In this document: piece by piece, positions 18,728-27,732 of the stretch
Numbering within the stretch: position 1 is the stretch's first letter
Layout of the letters: the number at the start of each line of letters is the position of its first letter
Assembly: GCA_024278275.1 (NCBI GenBank)
Contig: JAJRTN010000039.1
Span: 21,030 to 85,029 of the forward strand
Length of the DNA: 64,000 nucleotides
Source: Candidatus Hydrogenedentota bacterium
Lineage (GTDB): Bacteria; Hydrogenedentota; Hydrogenedentia; Hydrogenedentales; JAJRTN01
Direction of reading: 5' to 3'
Program-made: the position numbers and the translations under genes
The notes under the pieces: model-generated
Databases searched by the model: none
The model's input: only the letters and a program-made list of their open reading frames with translations
Told to the model about the DNA's origin: nothing

Positions 18728-21040
18728 TCACGCCGCCTGCTCCGATCCCAAATGGCTTAGAATCTCCGTTGCCATTTCCACATTCATATCCTGTCCCACC
18801 AATTCCGAAAAGGCCAGGATCTTCCGCAGCGATCCGGTCATTTTACGAATATCATCCGTGACGCGCATGGCGATAAGCGACAGGATCTCTTCCGGCACCG
18901 TGACTTTGGCCGCCTTGGCGCAGTGACGGAGAATCTCCATCCGTGTCTCCCATTCGGGCGCTTTCAACTCCGCCACAATGCCGCTGGAAAAGCGGGAAAT
19001 AAGGCGCTGCTCCAATAGGCCCAGGCGGTCGGGCGCTTTGTCACTCGCAATGATAATCTGCCGATTCTGCTGATACAACACGTTAAAAATGTGAAAGAAC
19101 TCTTCTTGCGCCTCCACCCGTCCCCCCATGAACTGAATATCATCCAGGATAAGCACATCCCAGTGACAATAGTTTTCCCGGAAGGCGTCGACGGCCTCGT
19201 CTTTGAGGGCTTCCGCCAGGCGCCGGGAAAAATGACTGGCCGACACATAGCCCACACGCCGGCTCGGGTCGTTGGCCAGGATGGCGTTGCCCGTGGCGCT
19301 GATAAGATGGGTCTTGCCGATACCCACGTGTCCGTAAAGGAAAAACGGGTTGTATTCCCCCCCCGGACGCGCCGCCACGGCCTGCGCCAGTTTGAAGGTG
19401 AAGCCATTGGTCTTGCCGGGAAAGAATCGGTCCAGGGTAAGACTTTCCAGGGGGTGCTCGGACTCCAGCGCCTCCCGCACCCGTTCGTCGGCTTCGTCCA
19501 TCTCGGGATTGCGGCTATCCGGCCCGGTCACCCCGCCAAAAGGCGCCACCGACGCGTGGCGTTCGAGACGGCTTTTACCGAGGTCGCGGCGATTCTGATC
19601 CGCCACGGTCGCCGTTTCAACCAGGTGGGATGTCTGCTGAACCGCCTGCAAGGTGGCCTCCGCAATTTCCGCCAACCGCTTCCCCTGCTCTTCCTGCGTC
19701 TGCCGCGCGGCTTCAAAGGCCTCGCGAACACTCGCATACATGGCTTCAGACAGCGCTTCCTTGGTTAAACCGCTTGCTTCCTTTTTCCCCATGGCGGCCC
19801 GAAGCTGAACCATCATGGTGGCCATGGCTTCCTGCATGGCGCCGGTTACGCTCTCCCGGATGGCCTCCCCCAATGCCTCGGGAGAAGGCAAAGCGGCGGA
19901 AGGCTTGTTCTCACGGGCACGTAACTGGACCATCATGACCGCCATGGCTTCCTGCAACGCCCCCGCGATACCCTCTTGGATGATCGTTGCCATGGCCTGC
20001 CCGTCCGGGGCCGGCGCCGCCGGCGCGGGCTGCACCGCGGTACGCAATTCGTCCGCAAGCAACGATACCGATTCCTGTAAGGCATCACGCATCATGTTTG
20101 CCAAGGCACCCATGTCAAGCGTGGGAGAAACCGCCGGGGCCGCTGGCGCAAGCGACGCCACGGTCTCCTGCATGGAATCGCGCAAAACAGTCGCCAAAGC
20201 ATCCACATCCAGCGTCGGCGGGGCCGCCGGCGCCGGCTCCACGGCGGGTCGTGCTTCCAGGGCCTTCACAAGATCGCCCATGGCCTCCCGCAAGCCGTCG
20301 CGCATCACCTCACCCAGTTCCGCCGCCGAAAAGGCCGGCAACGACGAGGGTGCCGCCGACGGCGTGGCCAAGGGAGGCGGTGGCGCCGGAGGGAGCGAAG
20401 GCGCGGCCTCCATGACCGGCGCTTCTTTCGGGGGGGCTTCTTCGGAGGGCTTGTTCGTGGAGGGCGCGGCCTTGGCAGGGGGCGGCTTGTCCGCCTTGGG
20501 CGGATCGGGTTGCCTGGGGGAAAGGGCGCTCAGGCCCAGGGAGTCCGTGGTCATGGCCGGTGCGCCGCCGGAAGAGGCCGACTCGGGAAAAACCCGATGA
20601 ACCACCGTGTCGAAGTGGTGCCAATTACATAGGATCGGCTTGATCCGAAGATCGGGACACGACTGGCGAACCGCTTCCAGAGCATCGATATCCAAGGGGT
20701 CCACCATGGCAATGGTAAGGATCCGGCCTAACTTGTCGATTGGGATGAGGCCATACTTAAGGCACGTCTCCCTGGGAACCAGGGCCACCACCTCCGGGCT
20801 GATATCGTAATCCAGCAGGCTGAGGTGGGGAATCTTGCACTGCTTCACCACGCAGGAGGTGATATCCTCTTGCGTTACATGCCCCAAACCGACAAGAATC
20901 TGCCCAAGAAATCCCCCGGAGCGCTCCTGCTCCGCAATCCCCTCGTCCAACTGCTCCCGCGTTATCAGATTCTGCTCTAACAGTAACTCACCCAAACGCT
21001 TAGGCGGAGCGGGCGCGGTGCGTTTGGGGGCTCTTTTCAC
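18728..21040 (-). CDS. Fusion protein: MshEN/T2SSE N-domain + Pro/Ala and helical-repeat linker + DnaA/Hda-family AAA+ domain, without DnaA domain IV
   Basis: N-terminus RLGELLLEQNLITREQLDEGIAEQ...IAMVDPLD; C-terminus YNPFFLYGHVGIGKTHL, LILDDIQF, QEEFFHIFN, ASDKAP, RLISRF, PEWETR. GTG 21040 start chosen because a promoter overlaps the longer ORF start. Confidence 0.88.
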   Translation of the reverse strand: MKRAPKRTAPAPPKRLGELLLEQNLITREQLDEGIAEQERSGGFLGQILVGLGHVTQEDITSCVVKQCKIPHLSLLDYDISPEVVALVPRETCLKYGLIPIDKLGRILTIAMVDPLDIDALEAVRQSCPDLRIKPILCNWHHFDTVVHRVFPESASSGGAPAMTTDSLGLSALSPRQPDPPKADKPPPAKAAPSTNKPSEEAPPKEAPVMEAAPSLPPAPPPPLATPSAAPSSLPAFSAAELGEVMRDGLREAMGDLVKALEARPAVEPAPAAPPTLDVDALATVLRDSMQETVASLAPAAPAVSPTLDMGALANMMRDALQESVSLLADELRTAVQPAPAAPAPDGQAMATIIQEGIAGALQEAMAVMMVQLRARENKPSAALPSPEALGEAIRESVTGAMQEAMATMMVQLRAAMGKKEASGLTKEALSEAMYASVREAFEAARQTQEEQGKRLAEIAEATLQAVQQTSHLVETATVADQNRRDLGKSRLERHASVAPFGGVTGPDSRNPEMDEADERVREALESEHPLESLTLDRFFPGKTNGFTFKLAQAVAARPGGEYNPFFLYGHVGIGKTHLISATGNAILANDPSRRVGYVSASHFSRRLAEALKDEAVDAFRENYCHWDVLILDDIQFMGGRVEAQEEFFHIFNVLYQQNRQIIIASDKAPDRLGLLEQRLISRFSSGIVAELKAPEWETRMEILRHCAKAAKVTVPEEILSLIAMRVTDDIRKMTGSLRKILAFSELVGQDMNVEMATEILSHLGSEQAA

Positions 21041-21117
21041 ACTCTTGCCACGACTGAACACGACAATAAACCCTGCCTGATCTGGATGCGACCCAATAAC
21101 CCGGAAGACTGACAGGT

Positions 21118-21146
21118 ATTGTAGCACTGGAATGACACACCGTCAA
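21118..21146 (-). promoter_or_regulatory. Sigma70 promoter for the MshEN-DnaA/pilB/pilT/pilS/pilR operon
   Basis: Minus strand TTGACG-17 bp-TACAAT with an extended -10 TG. Confidence 0.65.
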
Positions 21147-21551
21147 ACAAAAACACTTTACAAACCAAGCGCATATCTCGCACTTTTATAATACGCTTAC
21201 CGGGCGGCCTGTAAGCCTTGGGCAGCAAGGCGCATGTTGTCACTTGACCGGGCGTGCTTCTCCCCCAGAAATGGAATCTCCTGACGGATGCAGGTATTCG
21301 ACACCTTTGGCGCACGGGAGCACGTCCCTGCCGAATTCCCGTAATAGGGTTGCTCATTATCGAACGTGGGGGGAAACCAATCCCCGTACCCGGGCGGACG
21401 GTGAAACAGCAGCGGCGCGGAAGTGGCAAAGGGTTTGTAAACAATTTCCTCAAGATTCCTTACCAACCAACCGTGTCCTTGGCCTGGCCACCGGGAAATA
21501 GGGTAGGATACGCACCTTGCCAGACCCCAACCCGGAAGCATTAGGTACGCC

Positions 21552-24140
21552 ATGCCCAAGGCCCTTGGTGAAAACATACAACAGCGCTTGACCCCCGATG
21601 CCGCCCGCGTGATCCAGGAGGCCATCGAGGGGGCGGGGGGCAACGAGGTTTTTTGCGCGGGCGCTTTGGACGGCGCGGGGCGGGTCTACGCGGCACGGGT
21701 GTTGGCGCGGGGAAACCGGGGCGCGGTAACGGCCCTCTTCGAGGGGCTGGACGTGCGGGACGTGGTCATTCACAACCATCCTTCGGGCGACCTGGTTCCC
21801 AGCGATGCCGATCTGGAACTGGCCGCCATGTACAGCACCCACGGCCATGGCGTGTACATCGTGGACAACGATGTCACACGGGTCTATGTCGTGGTGGACC
21901 CTTTCCTGCCCAAAGACGCGGTGCGTCTCGATCCGCGTGAGTTGGATCGTATCCTGTCGCCCGCGGGACCGCTCGCCCGCCAGATGCCCGGCTTCGAGGT
22001 GCGCCCCCAGCAGGTCCGCATGATGGACGCCATCGCCAGGTCCTTCAACGAGGACGGCATTGCCGTGGTGGAAGCCCCCACGGGCGTGGGCAAGACCTTT
22101 GCCTACCTCTTGCCCGCCGCACTGTGGGCCATCCGGAACAAGGAGCGCGTGGTCATCTCGACGCGTACCATTAACTTGCAGGAACAAATCGTCCACAAGG
22201 ACGTGCCCATGGTTCAGCGCTGCCTGGAAGAACCCTTCACTGCCTGCCTGGTGAAGGGCCGGAGCAACTATCTTTGCCTGCGCAAGCTGGAACGCGCGCT
22301 GGGAGAAGCCACCCTCTTCGAGGACGACGAGACCGAGGGACAAATGCGCGCCATCGTGGAGTGGGCCGAAACCACGAAGGACGGCAGCCTTTCCGACCTG
22401 CCTTTCGTGCCCGGCCGCAACCTGTGGGAGAAGGTCTGTTCCGAAGCCGACAGTTGCAACAAGAGCCGCTGCCCGAGGCAGAAGGAATGTTTTGTCGGCC
22501 AGGCCCGCCGGGAGGTGGCCAAGGCCGATCTCATCGTGGCCAATCACCACATGCTCTTCTCCGACATCGCCATCAAGCAGGAAACGGGGAGCTTCTCATC
22601 CCTCGCCGTACTGCCCGCCTATCACCGGGTGATCTTCGACGAAGCCCACAGCATCGAGGATTCCGCGACGGAATACTTCGGGGCAGACGCCACCCAGATC
22701 GGGGCGAGAGCCACCTTCGGGCGATTCCTGCGCATGGAGCGTGGAAAAGAGCGCGGCCTGCTGCCCGTGCTTCGTTTGCGCCTGGTCAAGGAGTGTCCCC
22801 AGCTTTCGGTGAGGGAATTCGAGGTTATCCAGGATCACCTGGAAAAGCAGGTCATGCCCGCCCTCAAGAATGCCCGCGAAACGGTCCAGGATTTTTTCGT
22901 GGCCCTGCGTGAGCTGGCCGCCCGCAAGTGCGGACAGGTGGGACGGGACATCAAGTGGCGCCTGACCCCGGAGATCCTGATTGAAGCCGACCTGCGCGCC
23001 TTCCACAACCAGCATACCCTGGTCGCGGTGGAATGTATTCGCCAATTGGTGGGCCACTGCAAGAACCTTGAACGAAAGCTGAAGGCCATCAAGCCCGCCG
23101 CCGGGGAAGAGAACGTGGCCATCGACGGCGAGATCGCCATGTTCAGCGCCTACACGCGACGCCTGGAGCGTCTGGGCAACGTCCTCGCCGAAAGCACCAG
23201 CGAAGCGCTTCAGGAAAACACGGTGCGCTGGGTGGAGATCAACGCTCACCGCGAGGACGTCGTCCGCATCGCGCGCTGCCCCCTCCACGTGGGCAAGCCG
23301 CTCGCCGAATGGGTCTACGAAAACCTCACGAGCGTGGTCATGACCTCCGCCACGCTCACGGTGAAGAAAGAGTTCACCTATCTCTTCAACCGCCTGGGCC
23401 TGGACCGGGTGGACCCCGGGCGCGTAACGGCCCTGGCCCTGGACTCGCCCTTCGACTTCCAGCGGCAGGCCATGCTCTGTATCGCCACCGACCTGCCCGA
23501 ACCCGGCGCCAATGGCTTTCTTGACGAGAGCCTTGAATGTATGCGGCGCGCCCTTCGGGCGACCAAGGGGCATGCCTTCATCCTCTTCACGTCCTTTTAC
23601 GCCCTCACCCACGCCTATCGCGCCCTCGAAAAGGAACTGCGGACAGCGGGCATCACGCCCCTGCGCCAGGGCGAGGCCAACCGAACCGTCTTGCTCGACC
23701 GTTTCCGCAGCGATACGGCGAGCGTCCTCTTCGCCACGGACAGTTTCTGGGAGGGCGTGGACGTTGCCGGGGATTCATTGCAGTGTGTTATACTGCCTAA
23801 ACTTCCATTTCGGGTGCCCACCGAGCCTATTCTGCAGGCCCGGGCGGAGGCCATTGAGCGGGACGGCGGCAATGCGTTCACCGAGTATTCCGTGCCGCAG
23901 GCGGTCATCAAGTTCCGCCAGGGATTCGGACGCCTCATCCGGCGCGGGACCGACCGGGGTGTCATTCTCGTGCTCGACAGGCGAATTGTTACCAAGTACT
24001 ATGGCAGGATGTTCCTTGAATCCCTGCCCCCCCTGTGCATCGAGAGAGGGATACGGACCAAGATCCTCCCATCACTGGACAGATTCTTCAACCCGACCAC
24101 GGGCCCGGCCCACGTCCGGGCAGACGAGGAGACCCCATGA
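21552..24140 (+). CDS. DinG-family Fe-S helicase with an N-terminal RadC-like JAB/MPN domain
   Basis: E...HNHPSG...SDAD JAB motif; APTGVGKT, Cys cluster, DEAH, FWEGVD, LPF and QGFGRLIR. Confidence 0.92.
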   Translation: MPKALGENIQQRLTPDAARVIQEAIEGAGGNEVFCAGALDGAGRVYAARVLARGNRGAVTALFEGLDVRDVVIHNHPSGDLVPSDADLELAAMYSTHGHGVYIVDNDVTRVYVVVDPFLPKDAVRLDPRELDRILSPAGPLARQMPGFEVRPQQVRMMDAIARSFNEDGIAVVEAPTGVGKTFAYLLPAALWAIRNKERVVISTRTINLQEQIVHKDVPMVQRCLEEPFTACLVKGRSNYLCLRKLERALGEATLFEDDETEGQMRAIVEWAETTKDGSLSDLPFVPGRNLWEKVCSEADSCNKSRCPRQKECFVGQARREVAKADLIVANHHMLFSDIAIKQETGSFSSLAVLPAYHRVIFDEAHSIEDSATEYFGADATQIGARATFGRFLRMERGKERGLLPVLRLRLVKECPQLSVREFEVIQDHLEKQVMPALKNARETVQDFFVALRELAARKCGQVGRDIKWRLTPEILIEADLRAFHNQHTLVAVECIRQLVGHCKNLERKLKAIKPAAGEENVAIDGEIAMFSAYTRRLERLGNVLAESTSEALQENTVRWVEINAHREDVVRIARCPLHVGKPLAEWVYENLTSVVMTSATLTVKKEFTYLFNRLGLDRVDPGRVTALALDSPFDFQRQAMLCIATDLPEPGANGFLDESLECMRRALRATKGHAFILFTSFYALTHAYRALEKELRTAGITPLRQGEANRTVLLDRFRSDTASVLFATDSFWEGVDVAGDSLQCVILPKLPFRVPTEPILQARAEAIERDGGNAFTEYSVPQAVIKFRQGFGRLIRRGTDRGVILVLDRRIVTKYYGRMFLESLPPLCIERGIRTKILPSLDRFFNPTTGPAHVRADEETP

Positions 24141-25504
24141 ACATGGACATCCGTGTGGATATCACCCGCGCAAAATCCGCGGCCGTCGGCAAGGAACATG
24201 GCATCACCCCCGCCGAACTGGCCGAAATGGAATCCCCCGTGCGGGCCGCCCACAAGATCCTGCGCAAGGAGCGCAAGGAGAAAACCTATGGCTTCTACGA
24301 TCTCCACAAGGACAAAGCGACCCTGAAGGCGGTGAAGACCGCCGCGGCCGGCTTCCTGGAGAAGGGCTTCGACAACCTCGTCATCCTGGGCATTGGCGGC
24401 TCCGCCCTGGGCATCACCGCCCTCCATACCGCCCTCACGCCGCCCTTCTACAACGAAATGACCAGGCGCCAGCGCAAGGGTCATCCGCGCCTCTTTGTCA
24501 TGGACAATATCGACCCCGTGACCTTCCGCGGCATGATGCGGATCTGTCCGCCGAGGAAATCCCTGTACGTGGTCATTTCCAAGTCGGGCGGCACGGCCGA
24601 GACCATCAGCCAGTGCATGATCATGGCCGACGCCATGGAAAAGAAGATCGGCAAGGCCGCCATCAAGGACCACCTGGTCGTGATCACGAGCCCCAAGGGC
24701 AAGAACGCCCCCAAGAGCCTGCTCCACCCCGTTGTGGCCGAATACCAATGCCAATCCTTCGAGATTCCCCTCAACGTGGGCGGGCGCTTCTCCGTCTTCA
24801 CCCCCGTGGGCCTTTTCCCCGCGGCCATGCTCGGGATTGACGTGGATGGGCTGCTGGCGGGTTGCGCCGCCATGGACAAGCGTTGCGCGAAGGCCGGTCT
24901 CATGGAGAATCCCGCCTATCTTCGCGCCACGGTCCAGTTCCTGATGGACACGAAAAAGGGCAAGAACATGTCGGTCATGATGCCCTACGCCGACGGCCTC
25001 AAGGATGTGGCCGACTGGTATTGCCAGCTCTGGGCCGAGAGCCTGGGCAAGCGCTTCAACCTGGAGGGCGAGGAGGTCTTCTCGGGCCAGACCCCCATCA
25101 AGGCCCTGGGCGCCACGGACCAGCACTCCCAGGTACAGCTCTACCGCGAAGGACCCAACGACAAGATTTTCAATATCGTGGAATTGGGCCGCTTCGACAA
25201 ATCCCTGCGCATTCCCAATGCGCTTGGGAAGATCAGGGAGCTCGACTACCTGCGCGGCAAGTCCATGAACAGGCTCATGTCCGCCGAGACACGGGGCACG
25301 CTCGACGCGCTGAAGGAAAGCAAACGCCCCTGCATGCGCATCATCCTGCCGCGCCTCAACGCGCACACGGTGGGACAATTGCTCTACATGCTGGAAGTGG
25401 AAACCGCCATGGCCGGCCGTCTCTATAACGTTAACACCTTTGACCAGCCGGGCGTCGAAGCGGGTAAGCAAATCGCCCGCAAACGCATGGGCGGCACCGC
25501 GTGA
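24137..25504 (+). CDS. pgi: Glucose-6-phosphate isomerase
   Basis: GIGGSALG, SKSGGTAET, VGGRFSV, QLWAESLGK, DQHS and FDQPGVE.GK; ATGA overlap with dinG. Confidence 0.96.
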   Translation: MNMDIRVDITRAKSAAVGKEHGITPAELAEMESPVRAAHKILRKERKEKTYGFYDLHKDKATLKAVKTAAAGFLEKGFDNLVILGIGGSALGITALHTALTPPFYNEMTRRQRKGHPRLFVMDNIDPVTFRGMMRICPPRKSLYVVISKSGGTAETISQCMIMADAMEKKIGKAAIKDHLVVITSPKGKNAPKSLLHPVVAEYQCQSFEIPLNVGGRFSVFTPVGLFPAAMLGIDVDGLLAGCAAMDKRCAKAGLMENPAYLRATVQFLMDTKKGKNMSVMMPYADGLKDVADWYCQLWAESLGKRFNLEGEEVFSGQTPIKALGATDQHSQVQLYREGPNDKIFNIVELGRFDKSLRIPNALGKIRELDYLRGKSMNRLMSAETRGTLDALKESKRPCMRIILPRLNAHTVGQLLYMLEVETAMAGRLYNVNTFDQPGVEAGKQIARKRMGGTA

Positions 25505-27105
25505 GCGACGGAGAACATAGGGCCTTCGCCGAGGAGCCCCGTTTCCCCGCCTTCGGCGTGGGCGGCGATTACGCCGGCGCGCGCCGTTCCCGGCGTGCTT
25601 TCCGCATGTTGATCGTGGCCTGCGTCATTTTCACGGGGTTGCTCTATTTCGTCGAAGCGTTCAAGCGCTACGACCTCAACGAGACCAACTACCGCCGCGC
25701 CCTCACCCATCACCCCGAATCGGCGCGTTCCTTCATGCGCAGCGTGGTCAAGCGGGAACGGGAGCAGCACGAAAAGCCCAATGCCAAGTACATCGAATAC
25801 CTGGCCTCCATCGAGGAGGAGGACAAGGTACTCGCCCTCTATGACGAGGCCTACCGGCTGAACTCGGGCGACGCGTCCCTCCTCATCAACTACGGCTGCC
25901 AGCTCTACCGTGCCGGGCAGTACATCGAGGCGCGGGAACGCTTCCGGGAAGCCGGCATTATTCCTCCGCCCAACGCCCTGCCCCGGTACCTGGAGGCGGC
26001 GGCCATGGCGGCCACCCTGGCCCCCGACGACGATCCGAGCGATACACTCGCACTGGTCGCAAGCGCCAACAACAGCGGCGACCCCGTTCTCTTTCCCGAG
26101 CCGCTCTGGCACGCCAGTCTTCCCAGGCACGGCGAATGGTACAGCAACCTCCGCCGCAATCTCGTTCAGACGGCGTGTTGGCATCTCAACCGTTTCGTGG
26201 CGCAACTCGCCGACCGGGCGGAGGCGGATATCAAGGCGGGCCATGTGGGCAACTGGGATTCGTGGCTGCGCCAACTTCAGATCATGGGCGAACGACTGGT
26301 GGGCAACACCAGCACGGGAACCAAGGGCCTCGGTTCCATTCAGGCCATCGCCGGACTGCACATGCAACGCGATGCCCTGGGGCTGCGGAAAATGATTGCC
26401 GAACGCCGTGGTACCGGGACCGACGCCATCGACGCACGCATGGAAGCCGTGGCCGACGCCCTGGACCGTCTTAAAGCGTTCCAGGCGGACCGGGACAGCC
26501 GGATTGCCGCGCACCGGCGAATTATCGGGCGGCCCTGGCACCTTATCTTCGCCACCCTGGGCGGCCTGTTCGCCCTTTTCCTGGTTTCGGCTTTCCTGGC
26601 CAAGATCGCCGACCCGGGCCGCAAGACCTGGGCCGCGGAGCACGGGAAAATCTGTGGTCCCATCGTCACCACGGGACTTGGCCTGGCCCTGACGGCGCTC
26701 TTTGCCCTCCTTTTCACACGTGACCTGCCCTCCGCCGAAGCGTGGACCACCGTCTTCACCTGGATGTGGATCATGTCCATCGGCGGACTGGTCGTGTTTG
26801 GCCCCATCTACCCCATGATGGTGTTGCCCGGCGCACGACGTGTTGTCGACCTCGCCTCCCTGACGCCGGAGGAAGCCGAGTCACGGCTGGTCCTGGCCCG
26901 GCGTTTCCGAAGGCGGGCCTGTGCCACCCTGGCCCGGCGATACTTCGCCATCCTGCTGGGGGGACTCATCGCCGTGGTCTGCATCTGGATTCTCGGTTTC
27001 CGAATTGTCGAGGGCATCTACCCCATGGAGATGAAGCTCCTCGTCACCGGGCTGGAAAGCCAGGAAATCCAGGCCGTCCGTGATGTCCAGGAAAGTCTTC
27101 GTTGA
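25501..27105 (+). CDS. Membrane protein with a TPR-like helical region (hypothetical)
   Basis: One N-terminal TM, a TPR-like helical stretch and about 4 C-terminal TMs; GTGA overlap with pgi. Confidence 0.7.
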   Translation: MSDGEHRAFAEEPRFPAFGVGGDYAGARRSRRAFRMLIVACVIFTGLLYFVEAFKRYDLNETNYRRALTHHPESARSFMRSVVKREREQHEKPNAKYIEYLASIEEEDKVLALYDEAYRLNSGDASLLINYGCQLYRAGQYIEARERFREAGIIPPPNALPRYLEAAAMAATLAPDDDPSDTLALVASANNSGDPVLFPEPLWHASLPRHGEWYSNLRRNLVQTACWHLNRFVAQLADRAEADIKAGHVGNWDSWLRQLQIMGERLVGNTSTGTKGLGSIQAIAGLHMQRDALGLRKMIAERRGTGTDAIDARMEAVADALDRLKAFQADRDSRIAAHRRIIGRPWHLIFATLGGLFALFLVSAFLAKIADPGRKTWAAEHGKICGPIVTTGLGLALTALFALLFTRDLPSAEAWTTVFTWMWIMSIGGLVVFGPIYPMMVLPGARRVVDLASLTPEEAESRLVLARRFRRRACATLARRYFAILLGGLIAVVCIWILGFRIVEGIYPMEMKLLVTGLESQEIQAVRDVQESLR

Positions 27106-27299
27106 GACTCTTGTGAAATGGAGGAGTTTTTTACGTGCCATCCCTGGGACCGCCTCCGGTCCTGCCATTATCGCATGGCGCGACGGGTCAAACCGCGGTA
27201 CCAGGCTTCTTCCTCCTTGCCGGAAACCGGCTTGGCACCAGGTTCGCCGGCCTTGAGGCTCGGATCATTCCAAAAGGCGTGTCAACAGGGATCCCGTTT

Positions 27300-27650
27300 A
27301 TGCAGTATGTAAAAGTGGCCAAAGTGGGCGATTTTGAGCAAACCCATGTCCGCTCCTACCGGCTCCTGGCGCGCCCCGTGGGGGTGTTCAAGGAGCCGGA
27401 TGGGTCGTTTTATGCCATGGAGGTGGGGTGCAAGCACGAGAATGCCGATCTGACCCAGGGTAGGATCGAGGGGAACATGGTGACCTGTCCGTGGCACGGT
27501 TGGCAATACGACCTGAAAAGTGGTGAATGCCTCCGGGGCACCACGGCGCGGCTGCGGCGTCATGGGTTGAAGATCGAGGGCGAAGATATTTTCGTTACCT
27601 TACGGCCTTTGCCGGAGAATGGCCCGGAAAGCGACGGGGGTGCATGGTAG
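27300..27650 (+). CDS. Rieske [2Fe-2S] ferredoxin (NirD-like)
   Basis: CKH...CPWHGW ligands. Confidence 0.9.
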   Translation: MQYVKVAKVGDFEQTHVRSYRLLARPVGVFKEPDGSFYAMEVGCKHENADLTQGRIEGNMVTCPWHGWQYDLKSGECLRGTTARLRRHGLKIEGEDIFVTLRPLPENGPESDGGAW

Positions 27651-27732
27651 AGCCGCCTCGGACCGTAACGGTGGGGCACGTTCGCTTCCGGGCAGCGTGG
27701 GGAGATTTCGTCCGGCGCGAGCCGCGCGGCGG

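Noticed and set aside
21041..21551. Possible oriC next to the DnaA-like gene
   Set aside because: No cluster of TTATCCACA-type boxes and no dnaN; the protein lacks domain IV. The only pattern is a distant 10-bp inverted pair (tttacaaacc / ggtttgtaaa), too weak to call.
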